Source: Anthoceros angustus (Eukaryota > Plantae > Anthocerotophyta). Taken from it: DNA of 64,000 nt. The position numbers and the translations under genes were made by a program. Within the stretch, counting starts at the first letter, position 1. Each line of letters begins with the position of its first letter. This document shows, piece by piece, positions 11,221 through 23,710 of the stretch. The stretch covers positions 682,001 to 746,000 of the forward strand of contig MU008186.1 of the NCBI GenBank assembly GCA_010909165.1. Direction: 5' to 3'. The notes below the pieces were generated by a model. It saw only the letters and a list, made by a program, of their open reading frames with translations. It made no database searches and had not been told where the DNA came from.

Positions 11221-14200
11221 TGTGGTAAAAGTTTGGGCAACCAGCCCAAAAGAGCCAAGACAAACAAGTTTGATTTTTTGGCTAAGAACGATTGAAGAGG
11301 AGCATGCCAAGAAATTTTCCGAGAATCTTGAAGCTGGAGTTGTAGGATATTGTTAGGAAGAAGGATATCCCAGAAGAAGAACGGGTCAAACGACCCCGAC
11401 GAGTGAGGGCGTCAAAGGTTGGTAGGTGCATCATCACCGTAGGTCGCCACACCACGCCGGTAGGTGAGAAGGAAGCATCATCAGTAAGTCGCGTATCACC
11501 GCTAGGTGACAATCTCGCAAAAGGAAATTTAGAATAGAGGGGATATCCACTATATATGCTCACCAATAGGGAATAAATATATAGTAATTAGAAGCGTAAT
11601 TAGGATAGCGATAGGAAAATAGGTAGTTTAGATAGAATTAGGATTTTGGAATGATGAACCAATCTAGGGTTGTGCGCCGCCGTGTGGCGACATCCAAAGG
11701 AGGCAAAGTGCGGCGCGCTCTCCACTTCAAGAGCTAGAACGACTGGAGTTGGAGCGGAAGCGCAGAAGGAAGGAAAGCCGCCATCGCCGCCAGCAAGCCG
11801 GGAGCGAGGCGAGAAGGCGCCCATCGAGAAAGGAGACCAGCAAGAGGGAGAAGTGGAAGGAAGAAAGCGCGAGTACCGCAGCGGAAGGGAGCTCACCACG
11901 CGGAACCAAGGAAGAGGGTGCCAAGAAGGAGCACTTGGAGAGCTGGGTAGAAAATTGAGAGTGAAGAGCGGGAAGGTGGCACCGCCTCAAGGAAGGCCGA
12001 GAAGGTTACAGCAAAGAAACGCCATTAACGTGGCCGCAGAAGGGTGTGCTACGTCAAGGAAGAGTGTTGGGTGAAATTTTGCCTCAAATTGAGAGTAATT
12101 TCCTTCCTTGAGGAAGGAACGCCACCATGCCTCGAGCTGGAAAAGGCAAGGGAAGGAGCCGCAAGGGCTCTTCCTCGCGAGGAGGAAGGAAAGAAGGTGG
12201 AGCTCGGCCACGGAGGTGAGGTGATGCCCCAATTCACTTGCTTTGCCGGGCAGCTCAACCCCGATTTGGTTGATTTTCGGCAAGGCGAGGAGAACATCCA
12301 CTAGGGTGGGTGTATGGCCGCCAATGGGCCTACACCAATTTGGAATTGATTGAGGAGTGTTACATCAACCTCCATCAATCGGCGCCTGCCGCACAGGAAT
12401 GCAACGGATCCGCTGCTGGACCGGACAAAGAAGTATTCGCTGTGTGTATGGAAGACCGGAGGAAGAGAGCTCGAATTGCTCTCTCGAAAGGTCGAATGGA
12501 GGAAGAGGAGCTCTCCGACATCCCGCAGGAGTTCCTTGACATGATGGATGGAGGAGTGAAGGCCCACGCCAAGAATGGCCGGAAGACCGAGAGCATCAAG
12601 GAGTCAAGTGGAGGCTCTTCGCAAAGATTGTCAGTTGGTAAATTACCAACGCACTCTTATTTCAAAGACCAACTTCCTCCAATTTTGTGGAAGATTTCCA
12701 TGGGAGCCAAGCCGGATTGGGGACTATCATGTATGAGGCCTACATCCACCATCGAGAAGCTCCTCAAGCCAAATTCGTGGATGAGGAAGGCCACCTCTTA
12801 GCACCTATTTGGTGCATTTATGGGAAACCGAGGGACTTCACAAGCAAGGAGCTTGAAGATGCATGGCATCCCTTTGAGGTCATCCACCTCCACCGAGGTT
12901 GGAAAGGCCTTTGCCTTTGCATTGCGAAGACGGGAGGTCGACTCCACAAGCATGCTAGAAGCAAGAGGAGAAGATGCGAGGCAACAAGGTTGCCGAGTGG
13001 GAATCCTTTCCACAGAGCAAGGAGAGGAGCCGAGGGCCGAATGGTGGTCTATGAGAGAAGGAGGTGAGGGGTGACCCAGAGTGGGGAGTCCCCACCATCT
13101 CCTTTGTGCCTACGAGAGAGGCACTCGACTACCCTTAGGGACACCCAAGGGGTGGGCTACATAGGCGCCACCACCATGGTAGGTAGGCACTACCACAGGG
13201 GAGCAGCCTCACCGGTAGGGCACCCCACGCCGCCAGCAAGCACGCGGTGGGGGGGAAGAAGCGAGAAGCCGCGAGCGGGCCGAGGCCACTCCGCGTGGGA
13301 GAGCGGATGGAGCGATGAAGGGGACCAAGGCCGCCGCGATGGCCCGGGGTGCAGAGAGCTGGAAATTTCAAAGAAGAAGAGAAGGTGGAATTAGGACCCT
13401 AGGAGAATTGCCGAGCTTGTGAAGCACTCACCGTGGATTTGAAGGGGCTAGGGACCTAGCAGCCTCCTTGTGGGCATGCCAAGAGGAAGTGAAATCTCAA
13501 GACATGGCCGGAGGAAGGCTGGACTAATGGCAAAGGCCATGGAGTCCGAAAAGGCAGCCAAATTGGAAAAGGTCAGGAGAAGCTCCAGCACCTCATGAAC
13601 AACAAGCGAGAAGCCCCGGAGGGAAGTTGTCAGTCAAGAAAGAGCCATTCGGCAACAACCCAAAGGATTCTTGGAGGCAGGCGGAAGAGCATTTTGCCCA
13701 ATTAGAGCAAGAGAGGAAAGCAATGAGGCACTAGGAAGGAGAGAAGCAACTCAAGCCGACATGAGCAGTGATGGCTACTCAAGCCATCAAATCCGGATAT
13801 GGGAGAGTTGAGAAGGACCCGACAATTTGGAAGAGAGCGCCCGGAGCGAAGCACAAGACCGTGAGCCGGAGCGCGAGCGAAAGATGCTTGGCAAGCGAGA
13901 AGAGGGGCTTGCCCAAGAATTAGCGGACTGGAACAAAGGAGGTCTCAGAGGAGGAGCCACAAGAAGGTGGTGCACAAGTAGTAAGGAAGCGCATTTATGC
14001 CCTTCGTGCAAAATTGGCCAGCCAAAGGAAGTGAGGGAGGAGAATGTAACCTCCATGTCAAGGTGGGAGAATTGACCACCTCAAGAGATGCCTACAAAGG
14101 TAGGTGTGAAGATGGAGAGTGGCCCACGAGATTGATGATCTCCAAATGCATCACAACTTGGGGCTCACCTCCACAACAGATCTTGAAGGCCAACAACGAA

Positions 14201-16166
14201 GTCTTACTTGGCCAAGAGGAGGACATTGGGTCCTCATGATGATGATGAAGGAGCGCAATGCAGCCGAGGCCTCCGATTTTGATGAGGCTCAATGGACTCC
14301 GAGGAACTGAGGAGTCGAGGTGAAGGAGCCACCGCGACACCGGATCGGGAGACGGCGGGGAGAGCAAGGAGGGGACAAGCCCAGGGGGTCACCCTACCAC
14401 GGTGGTGACCCCACCACTAGTCCGCCAGACCACCGTGGGACACACCACGCCGTAGTCCGCCGACTACCGAGGGGCAGGCGCTGGGGAGTTGAGCCAACCA
14501 AGATGGAAAGGCCGGGGGGATACCCCGAGGAGCATTGGGTGGTGGGAGACAACCCCACCGGAGGAGACTAAGGACGGTCCACCCGGAGGAAGGAAGGGTG
14601 AGGAATTTATCCCACGAGTAAGGGAGGAACCGGGACCCGAGGAGGAGTCCAACGCAAAAAAGGCCCGAGATTAGGCGAAAATCCGCATGGCGATGGGGAT
14701 GAAGGGTGCTCTATGATAGGTATGGACAAACAAAAGGCAAGAGCAATGAAGATCCCGACCCAAGAAACCTCACCGATGGAGGAAGAGGAAAGAAGGAAGT
14801 AGAAGACTACCACGATGTCACCCCGTAGTCCGCCATCACCGCGGTAGGGTGCGAATAAACGATCGCGACCAGGCGAGAGATGGAGAAGGCGCCAGGTGCG
14901 CGGAAGCGCGATTGCCGGAGGGCCGAGGAATCCACGCCGCCCGGAGATGGAGGAAGGGCAAGATTGTACTTGCCCCACACATTAGGAAGGGACAAAGGCC
15001 GGGAAGGGCAAGAGCAAAAGGAGGGCGAGGGAGCCAATCCACCATGTCACCACCCCAAATAGAAGATGGTCAATGACCATAAATGCTAGGTAGAAGAATA
15101 GGATAGGTGATGTAATCCGACATCCTTCGAGGATAGACTTAGGTGAAGTTGCTAGAATAGAATTTACCAAGAAATGCATAATAGATTAGGTGCGACATTA
15201 AATGTCAGGAAATAATAGAATTGGAAAAGGTGACCTGAGGGTCACCCAAGGGAGGTTGTATGTGGAAGGCCTCCTATAAGAGGAGGAGGATTTCACAAAG
15301 TAAAGTATCATGTCTTGCGCCCACGCCATCGAGTCCTTTGCCATTACAGAGGAATTTCGTGAGCCAACACACCCGTAGAGAGGAAGTCGCGTGGTGAGTG
15401 TTGGTGGAGGACTTGCTGCAAGTGCCTAAACGAGTTGCTCCCTTGTGAATGGTTGTGGAAATTGCTTTGCTTTGGGTGTGTGGCAAATGCCCAGAGAACT
15501 CTCGGCTTGAGGGTAGACTACAGGAAAGACTCGGAGGTTCTCGCCGTGTCAAACCCACATAGCAACCGCCCAAGGAAGAACTTGGTGGAGGCGACCTCAG
15601 TGCCAGCCGTAAGAGTCGAAACCAAGAAGCCCGAATCGAGAATAGGAGGAAGAGGATGAGGAGATGAGAAGATGAGTAGAGGATTAGAGGTGTAGGTGTT
15701 AGTGGAAGGCCACAGTGCAGAGCCTAAGGGACTAATCCCAACTGCAAGTAAACGAGCGCCCCGAGTGGAGAAGAGTTTGGTCTTAGAAGTAGGGACGAAA
15801 TCGCGGTGTGAACTGGGGGTCCCCGCCTGTGGTAGGCTGTCGGGACCCGCAATTGTGTTGTGTCGTTGTAGGTCAAGTTTGGTCTTAGAAGTAGGGAAAT
15901 CGCTGTGAACTGGGGGTCCCCGGGCGCCTGGTAGGCGTCACCGAGGACCCAATTGTTTTGTGAGGTCGAGGACGATGCAAAGGCAAGTGGTGCAAGAGGG
16001 AGAGTAGTGGCGCCTCAGAGAAGAGAGTTGTGCAGTAGCGATTGGTGACCACAAGGCCTCGAACTTTCACACAAGTCTCATGGGACGAAACCCAACGTAC
16101 GGTTTACGGATAAGTGTGGCCGCTTATAGTGGGAGGACCGGGAGCGCCCCTTGACTCCCTACCACA
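11221..16166 (+). repeat. 3' LTR (~4.95 kb)
   Basis: Starts TGTGGTA and ends TACCACA (terminal inverted repeat); matches the 5' LTR. Confidence 0.9.
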
Positions 16167-17004
16167 AGACCGCCGAACCGGGTCAAGATATATGGCGTGA
16201 GATCAAGGTAGCCAAATGAAGCTCCTGGCCGCCAAGACCGGTAATCGAAAGCCGAGAACAAGCATCGCTTGGAAGTCTCATATGCAAGGCTGTGAAGTCT
16301 GCCCGCCTCAAACCGCACCGCTATCCCACCGATCCAAAGCAGAAGACAAGCTTGCCTATCGTTTGACTGCCGCATCACGAAACAAAATGCGGTGGCTTAC
16401 ACCATACCGCGGCTGGATGGAAGCTCGCCGCACTTTCCATGTCTCCATGCTCAAACCTGCGGTTTCGCCGACCTCCTTCCCGATTCCCCTCACCAGTCTC
16501 GCTTCGATGCCCACCGACACCCATGTCCCCACACCCTCTTTTCCTCCTCCACCATCCCACCAAGATCCGAAATCTAACGCCCTGCATCGATCCTAGCCAC
16601 GGAACGCAAACTGCAACCGGACCGTCGTGGGATTTTCTCGTCGGATGGACGACGAGATGATGACTCGCCACCGGAGCCCGCCCTTTGTCTCCGACCCCCA
16701 AACTCCACGCTCATCACCGCCGTGAGGACCCGCCTCTTAAGGGGGAGAATGTCACAACAAAGGATGCACTTACTGGATCCTAAGCTAGGCAATACCTAAC
16801 AAGGTACCGAAGTTCAAACGCTATCCGGGTCATTCGCTATTCGCCATCCGATCGCTATAAAGATGAGGCATTTGATTGTAATTACTAATCCACTATTCGC
16901 TATTATCCCGATATCCGCTATTTCGGTTATTAGGCTATCCGTCATTTACCAGATTCAGAACCATGGCTATTCAAACAGCTTATGACTAGAAATTGTAATA
17001 GACA
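16167..17004 (+). mobile_element. Chromovirus-type Gypsy remnant: integrase C-terminus and chromodomain, PPT, ~255-bp 3' LTR (16750-17004)
   Basis: AYRL..TFHVSMLKP integrase tail; WDFLVGW chromodomain-like motif; PPT aagggggagaa; putative LTR TGTC...GACA with a TATA-like ctataaa. Confidence 0.7.
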
Positions 17005-17154
17005 ATGTAGGATCCCAGAATCGAATCGGTTTTAGGTAGACGAGTAGTTGGGGCAACCTTCTTGGCCATTCCCCACACTGTGAAAAGGGAATTGCCTCAA
17101 GCAAGACAATAATCTTTGCGCTCAAGTATCATTGACCGTGGAATTTGTGTTGTG

Positions 17155-17860
17155 GCACTGGCTTTGCATCTTTGAGGTTGAATCTTGAGAGCAACTGGTC
17201 GACGTAGTGCTCTTGGTGAATGAAGAAGGAATGGTCTGCCGAGTTCCTCTCGAACTGTACTCCAAGTGCGTACTTGAGGATGCCCATGTCGGCTATCTCG
17301 TACTGCTTGGATAACAGGTCCTTGACGTGTTGTATGAGCTGCTGATCACTTCCAAAGATGAAGTTGTCATCTACGTAGAGAGTGACTATGACGAACTTGT
17401 CTTTGCTAGTCCTTAGCATGTATACGCTTGAATCAGCGGTAAGAGGTACGAACCCACATGCTTTAAGGTACAGATCCACAGTCTCATTCCAAACTTGTGC
17501 AGATTGCTTAAGTCCGTATAGAGATTTGAGCAGCTTACAGACTTTGGTCGGGTCCTTTGCGAAACCAGGTGGCTGCAGCATGTATATTTCTTCATGTAGT
17601 GTCCCGTACAAGAAAGCTGTTTTAATGTCTACCTGGTGGATGTCCATCTTGTGCTGGGCAGCGAGGGCCAGGAGTATCCTGATTGATGTTGACTTCACTA
17701 CAGGGCTGAAGAGCCTATTTTCTTCGTAGTCGAAACCTGGGATTTGAGTGAAGCCACGGGCCACCAATCTCGCTTTGTAACGTGAGACGCTTCCATCCGG
17801 GTTGAGCTTCCTTCTGAATGTCCACTTGCAGGAGATTGCTTTTTTGCCAGGTGGCAAACT
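17155..17860 (-). pseudogene. pol: Copia reverse transcriptase (truncated after DAKPV)
   Basis: KWTFRRK..RYKARLVARGFTQ..DIKTAFLYG..KSLYGLKQS..LYVDD motifs. Confidence 0.92.
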
Positions 17861-18449
17861 GGTGAGTGTCTAGGTTTTGTTCGTGATAAGGGAGTCATAT
17901 TCCGATTGCACTGCTGCCTTCCATTCTGGTGTGCTGAGAGCTTCGTCAATGGAAGTAGGTACGCCCGCATCTCGATTGCGAGAGCATGGTGCATGACTAG
18001 CTACAACTGATCAAGGTGATGTGGTGTGTGTGCAGGTACCTCGTCTGTACTTGGTAATGATCTGCCTACCAAGGTGTCTCCAGGTGTGTAGGGTGGTTCT
18101 TTCCACTCATTCCGTGTTGGTCGATTTCTGGTTGACCTTCGAGGAACCGGAACATCAAGGGAAAGACTGCTCTACTGGTGCAATACATCGAGGTTGGACC
18201 TGGACGTTAGTTTGAAGAGGCTGTATCTGGATTGGGATTACCTCTGGGTCTGGATCTGTGAAGGATGTAGGATCCGTTCTCGCCGAGCCAGGGTGGTGGG
18301 GCCGTCAAGTGTATTGTGGGAAAGGACCTCCTCTTGATCTTGAAGTAAAGAGGATGGTAATTCATCATATGTGCCCGTCTCAAGGTCAAGAGGGGATACC
18401 CGAAATCACCGGGTAATGCGGGGTTGAAGTGATGGAGCTGTGAAGGTAA

Positions 18450-19800
18450 GTTTGGAGAAGATGGGATTCGTTGAAGTGGACACTGCGAGAAAGAATAACC
18501 TCTCTGAAGGGTCGAGTTTTGACTTGGTCGGAATAGCCAATGAATAGGAGCTTTCTACCCTTGTCATCCCATTTCTTTCGTGTTTCATCTGCAATGTGAG
18601 CAAAGGCGGGACTACCGAATATCCTAAGATGGGAAATGCGGGGTTTATGGCCCGTCCAGCATTCAAAAGGAGTGGTATTGGGGAGCTCCTTAGTGGGTAG
18701 GCGATTTCGGAGGTAAATGGCGGTGGACACAACTTCTGCCCAGTAGCCTCGAGAGAGGCCTGACAATTTGAGAAGGGAGCGGGAGATCTCAAGGATGGAT
18801 CTGTTGAGACGTTCCGCGAAGGGGTTCTGTGAAGGTGTGTAGGGAACAGGTGAATGCGTTGGATGCCGTGGGATTGGCAGAAAGCTTGAAAAGGATGGCT
18901 GACATATTCTCCGCCGTTGTCTGTGCGCAGGGTGGTGACCTGGAAGCCAGTTTGGCGTTCCGCAGCTAGCACGAAATCCTGGAAACAGGCTAAGGCTTCT
19001 AACTTGTGTTGAAGAAATGAAATGTGACAGTACCTGCTCCATTCGTCTAAAAAGGTGATGAAGTATGAACGGCCTCCAAAGGATGTGGTACTCATGGGGC
19101 CGCAGATATCTGAGTGGACAGTTTCAAGAAGGCGACGGGCTCTGGTGGGAGAACTGTGGGGAAATGGAGACTGATTGAGTTTTGTGTACTGGCATATTTC
19201 GCAGAAAAAGTCTGGCTGGACTCGAAGTTTGATGGGATCTCGGTACATATCTGGGTTGGCGAACTGGTTTAAATAGCGGGGGTTCATGTGACCTGCCCTA
19301 CAGTGCCATAAGAGAGACTCTTTGTGGGAGCTATGAGGGGTGCCTTCCACAAGGAGGGATGATGAAGACTGGATGTTTAGGAGATACAAGTCATTGTAAG
19401 GGAGTCCATGAGCCAGAGCAGCATTACCTGGGTCTTTGGAATGGTGTATAGTGCAGTGGTTACCTTGGAAGGTGATGACCAGATCATGTTCAGTGGCGAG
19501 TTTCCTGACAGAAAGGAGGTTTTTAGTCATGGTGGGAACGTGGAGTACTCCGTTTATGGTGAGGGTCTCTCCATTTGATAGTCGGAGTAGTACTTCTCCC
19601 GTGCCCTCGACTAGAAGTGCGTCGTCCCCTAATACGCGCTGGTCGTTGAGGATGTCGTGGTATGTGCTGAACATGTCCTTGCAGCTGCAAATATGCGTTG
19701 TTGCTCCGGAGTCGAGGAACCATCGTGTTTTATCTGTCCTGGTCAAGGTAAGACAGATGGCGAGAATAGAGTTTGATGGTGTAGCTCTTGTGGTAGTCAT
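18450..19800 (-). pseudogene. pol: Copia protease, GAG-pre-integrase and integrase core
   Basis: WFLDSGATTHIC; LWHCRAGHMN; HSDICGP..FLDE..LRTDNGGEY; QNPFAERLNRSILE. Confidence 0.92.
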
Positions 19801-19809
19801 GTGAGACTC

Positions 19810-20699
19810 ATTTCTGGGAGTCTCTCGCCTAGGCTCTCCGTTCTGCTTCTTCCTGCATTCATGCTCAAAATGGCCGGGTATCTTACACCAATTGCAGGCT
19901 CCCTTTTGTGATTTCTGTGGTGTGAATCGGTTTTGACCGAACGTTGTGGGGCTTGTCCAGGTGGTCTTCGTGAGAAGTTGTTTCTGAAGCCACCTCTTCT
20001 TGAACCACGGCCCCTTGATGCGAAGAGGGCGTGGTTTGGCCCTGTCGTAGCCCTCGTGTTGTGGTACGACTGGCTTCTTCTTCGAGCAATGCGCCTAAGA
20101 CTTCAGCAAAGGTATATGCTGGTATTGAGCCGCTTGGGCTGCACTTTGTGCTTGTCAAGGGCTGAGCTCTTGTGAACTTACGAAAGTTCTGTAAGATGTA
20201 GGCAGAGATGTTAGTAATGCTACTGCTGCTTGATATTCGTTTAAAGTGGTGCCGCTTGACGTGAGTTTGGCTCTCGCGGCTCGAAAGTTGTGCACATGTT
20301 GCTCAACTGTCTCGCTCTCCTTCATTCTCGCAAGTAAAGCGCATGTGGCGTTTACTATGGACATGGAGCTCTGAGCTTGAAACATGTCCTTGAACACCTT
20401 CCATATATCGCAGTCGCCTCGCCTTGCGATGGAGCATGTTCTTATCTAGTCTTGAGAAAGATCGATGGCTCTCTTGTTGCCTTTTCTCCAGCTACGATTT
20501 GGTGGCGATTGCACTGCGGCGGTGGGTTTTGTGACGGTGCCTTCCACGATTTTCATGAGGTCGTGTTCTTCTAGCGCGCCGTAATGCGCATTTGCCAAGT
20601 ATCGTAGTCGTTGCCCGTGAAGCGATCGCGGTCACGGAATTCAACTTTCGTTGTACTTATAATCGGTGTATTTACAACGGATGGCTGTTGAGTGGCCAT
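19810..20699 (-). pseudogene. gag: Copia gag copy A with CCHC zinc knuckle (frameshifted)
   Basis: MATQQPSVV..DRFTGNDYDTWQMRI..; GACNWCKIPGHFEHEC knuckle at ~19850-19905. Confidence 0.85.
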
Positions 20700-21165
20700 G
20701 TTTCTTGCCCTTCGTCTCTTGGGGCAGTGGTCCCTAAGCGGATCGAAGGCGAGCATGCATGATTCGGTGTTCTACCTATTGGCGGCGACTAATGGCCATG
20801 TCTCGCACCATTGCTGAGAGAAATTCCATCTGTGATTCCACCGATGATTTGAACGCAGCAGATGCTCCAGACCGTGTGTGAGTTTCGGGCGGTAGTGAAT
20901 TTGTGCGATGGTCCGACCTCGGATGTGCGATGGCGTGCAAGTAAGGAGATCCGGCGGAGCGTACCGGGTCCCGTAATGAAGCGGCAAACCCTCCGGATCA
21001 ATTTCTCTCGCAATCTTCAGGTCGGCTCGCCTGTGGCGTTTACTATGGACATGGAGCTCGAGCTTGAAAAGGATGGTCGACCTCGGATGTGCGATGCGTG
21101 ATGGGTTTTGTGACGGTGCCTTCCACGATTTTCATGAGGTCGTGTTCTTCTAGCGATGCCGTGGG

Positions 21166-22136
21166 ATTGGCGACTAATGGCCATGTTTCTTGCCCTTCGT
21201 CTCTTGGGGCGGTGGTCCCTAAGCGGATCGGGCGAGCATGCATGATTCGGTGTTCTACCTATTGGCGACTAATGGCCATGTTTCTTGCCCTTCGTCTCTT
21301 GGGGCGGTGGTCCCTAAGCGGATCGGGCGAGCATGCATGATTCGGTGTTCTACCTATTGGCGACTAATGGCCATGTTTCTTGCCCTTCGTCTCTTGGGGC
21401 GGTGGTCCCTAAGCGGATCGGGCGAGCATGCATGATTCGGTGTTCTACCTATTGGCGACTAATGGCCATGTTTCTTGCCCTTCGTCTCTTGGGGCGGTGG
21501 TCCCTAAGCGGATCGGGCGAGCATGCATGATTCGGTGTTCTACCTATTGGCGACTAATGGCCATGTTTCTTGCCCTTCGTCTCTTGGGGCGGTGGTCCCT
21601 AAGCGGATCGGGCGAGCATGCATGATTCGGTGTTCTACCTATTGGCGACTAATGGCCATGTTTCTTGCCCTTCGTCTCTTGGGGCGGTGGTCCCTAAGCG
21701 GATCGGGCGAGCATGCATGATTCGGTGTTCTACCTATTGGCGACTAATGGCCATGTTTCTTGCCCTTCGTCTCTTGGGGCGGTGGTCCCTAAGCGGATCG
21801 GGCGAGCATGCATGATTCGGTGTTCTACCTATTGGCGACTAATGGCCATGTTTCTTGCCCTTCGTCTCTTGGGGCGGTGGTCCCTAAGCGGATCGGGCGA
21901 GCATGCATGATTCGGTGTTCTACCTATTGGCGACTAATGGCCATGTTTCTTGCCCTTCGTCTCTTGGGGCGGTGGTCCCTAAGCGGATCGGGCGAGCATG
22001 CATGATTCGGTGTTCTACCTATTGGCGACTAATGGCCATGTTTCTTGCCCTTCGTCTCTTGGGGCGGTGGTCCCTAAGCGGATCGGGCGAGCATGCATGA
22101 TTCGGTGTTCTACCTATTGGCGACTAATGGCCATGT
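21166..22136. repeat. Perfect tandem array, 10.2 x 95 bp, derived from the Copia leader just upstream of the gag ATG
   Basis: The unit attggcgactaatggccatgtttcttgccc...ttctacct starts every 95 nt from 21166 to 22021. Single-copy versions lie at ~20695-20795 and ~22980-23080. Confidence 0.97.
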
Positions 22137-22139
22137 CTC

Positions 22140-22984
22140 CATGCTCAAAATGGCGGGTATCTTACACCAATTGCGTGCTCCCTTTGTGATTTACGTGGTG
22201 TGAATCGGTTTCCTTGACCGAACTTGTGGGGCTTGTCCGGTGGTCTTCGTGAGAAGTTGTTTCGGCCACCTCTTCTTGAACCACGGCCTTGATGCGAAGG
22301 CGTGGTTTGGCCTGTCGTAGCCCTCGTGTTGTGGTACGATCGCTTCTTCTTCGAGCAATGCGCCTAAGACTTCAAAAGGTATATGCCGGTATTGAGCCGC
22401 TTGGGCTGCACTTTGTGCTTGTCACATCGAGCTCGTGAACTTACGAAAGTTCTGTAAGATGTAGGCAGAGATGTTAGTAATGCTACTGCTGCTTGATATT
22501 CGTTTAAAGTGGTGCCGCTTGACGTGAGTTTGGCTCTCGCGGCTCGAAAGTTGTGCACATGTTGCTCAACTGTCTCGCTCTCCTTCATTCTCAGCAAGTA
22601 AAACTGCCGTGTGGCGTTTACTATGGACATGGAGCTCTGAGCTTGAAACATGTCCTTGAACACCTTCCATATATCGCAGGCTGTCTTCTGGCCTTGCGTA
22701 TGCTGGAGCATGTTCTTATCTAGTGCTGAGAAAAGGATACTGATGGCTCTCTTGTTGCCTTTTCTCCAGGCTACGATTTGGTGGGCAGTTGCACCTGATG
22801 CAGCAGTGGGTTTTGTGACGGTGCCTTCCACGATTTTCATGAGGTCGTGTTCTTCTAGCAGTGCCGTAATGCGCATTTGCCAAGTATCGTAGTCGTTGCC
22901 CGTGAAGCGATCGCGGTCACGGAATTCAACTTTCGTTGTACTTATAATCGGTGTATTTACAACGGATGGCTGTTGAGTGGCCAT
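22140..22984 (-). pseudogene. gag: Copia gag copy B (duplicate of ~19860-20699)
   Basis: ORF 22364-23041 encodes MATQQ..LLEEHDLMKIVEG..WKVFKDMFQ; the sequence is colinear with copy A. Confidence 0.85.
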
Positions 22985-23504
22985 GTTTCTTGCCCTTCGT
23001 CTCTTGGGGCAGTGGTCCCTAAGCGGATCGAAGGCGAGCATGCATGATTCGGTGTTCTACCTATTGGCGGCGACTAATGGCCATGTCTCGCACCATTGCT
23101 GAGAGAAATTCCATCTGTGATTCCAGCCTGATGATTTGAACGCGCAGATGCTCCAGATCTGTGTGAGTTTGCGCTGGGCGGTAGTGAATTTGTGCAGATG
23201 GTCTGACCTCGGATGTGCAGTGGCGTGCAAGTAAGGAGATCCGCCGGAGCAGCGCGCTGGGTCCGTGTGAAGCAGCAAACCCTCCGGATCTGAATTTCTC
23301 TACGCAATCTTCACAGGGTCGGCTCGCCGCGCGCGGCGGTAGGCGTTGTGGCGCATACGATGCCGGTGTGCGTCTGCGAGGCATATTGGGGACTCAGGAT
23401 CTGATGCTGAGGTTGCCGCTGGCTGGCCTTGGCGCCATGGTGCTTGGTGATTGCTGACCAAGCTCGGGGCGCAGAGGCTAAGCCATACAGCAAGGAGCTC
23501 TTCG

Positions 23505-23516
23505 GCTCTGATACCA
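23505..23516 (-). promoter_or_regulatory. Primer-binding site, tRNA-iMet
   Basis: Reverse complement is TGGTATCAGAGC. Confidence 0.92.
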
Positions 23517-23710
23517 TAAAGCAGTCGCGCATAGAATGAAGAAAAAACATTGATTATTGATGTACTGTTGAACTCTTAAATACAGGTTTGAATTAGCAGT
23601 TGAACTGCTCAAGCTACTTTACGGTTATTGGTAACTACTTTAACCACACGTAGAACCCTAAGTGAAACGTGCCCTAATCTCCGTTACCCCCCTAGTCCGG
23701 CGGCGCATAC
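23517..23710 (-). repeat. Probable short 5' LTR of the Copia element (outer boundary uncertain)
   Basis: Adjacent to the PBS; TATA-like cctgtatttaag on the minus strand. No second LTR is available for comparison. Confidence 0.45.

Larger units (their letters stand above)
1..16166 (+). mobile_element. Ty3/Gypsy LTR retrotransposon, non-chromovirus (Athila/Tat-like), 5' end outside the window
   Basis: Long direct repeats (1-4832 vs 11590-16166), PBS after the 5' LTR, gag-PR-RT-RH-INT order in frameshifted fragments, PPT before the 3' LTR, and integrase ending RVNGWKVKKY with no chromodomain. Confidence 0.93.
17155..23710 (-). mobile_element. Ty1/Copia retrotransposon, 3'-truncated within RT, with a rearranged 5' region
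   Basis: Minus strand: PBS, gag, CCHC knuckle, protease, integrase, RT. RNase H and the 3' LTR are absent. Confidence 0.92.

Noticed and set aside
1-16166. Dating the Gypsy insertion from LTR divergence
   Set aside because: LTR differences are dominated by short indels consistent with consensus error, so any estimate would be meaningless.
21166-22136. CRISPR-like array, and the repeated 65-aa ORFs in the ORF track
   Set aside because: The units are contiguous and identical with no spacers and no cas genes, and the context is eukaryotic. A 95-bp period is not a multiple of 3, so the ORFs are by-products of the repeat.
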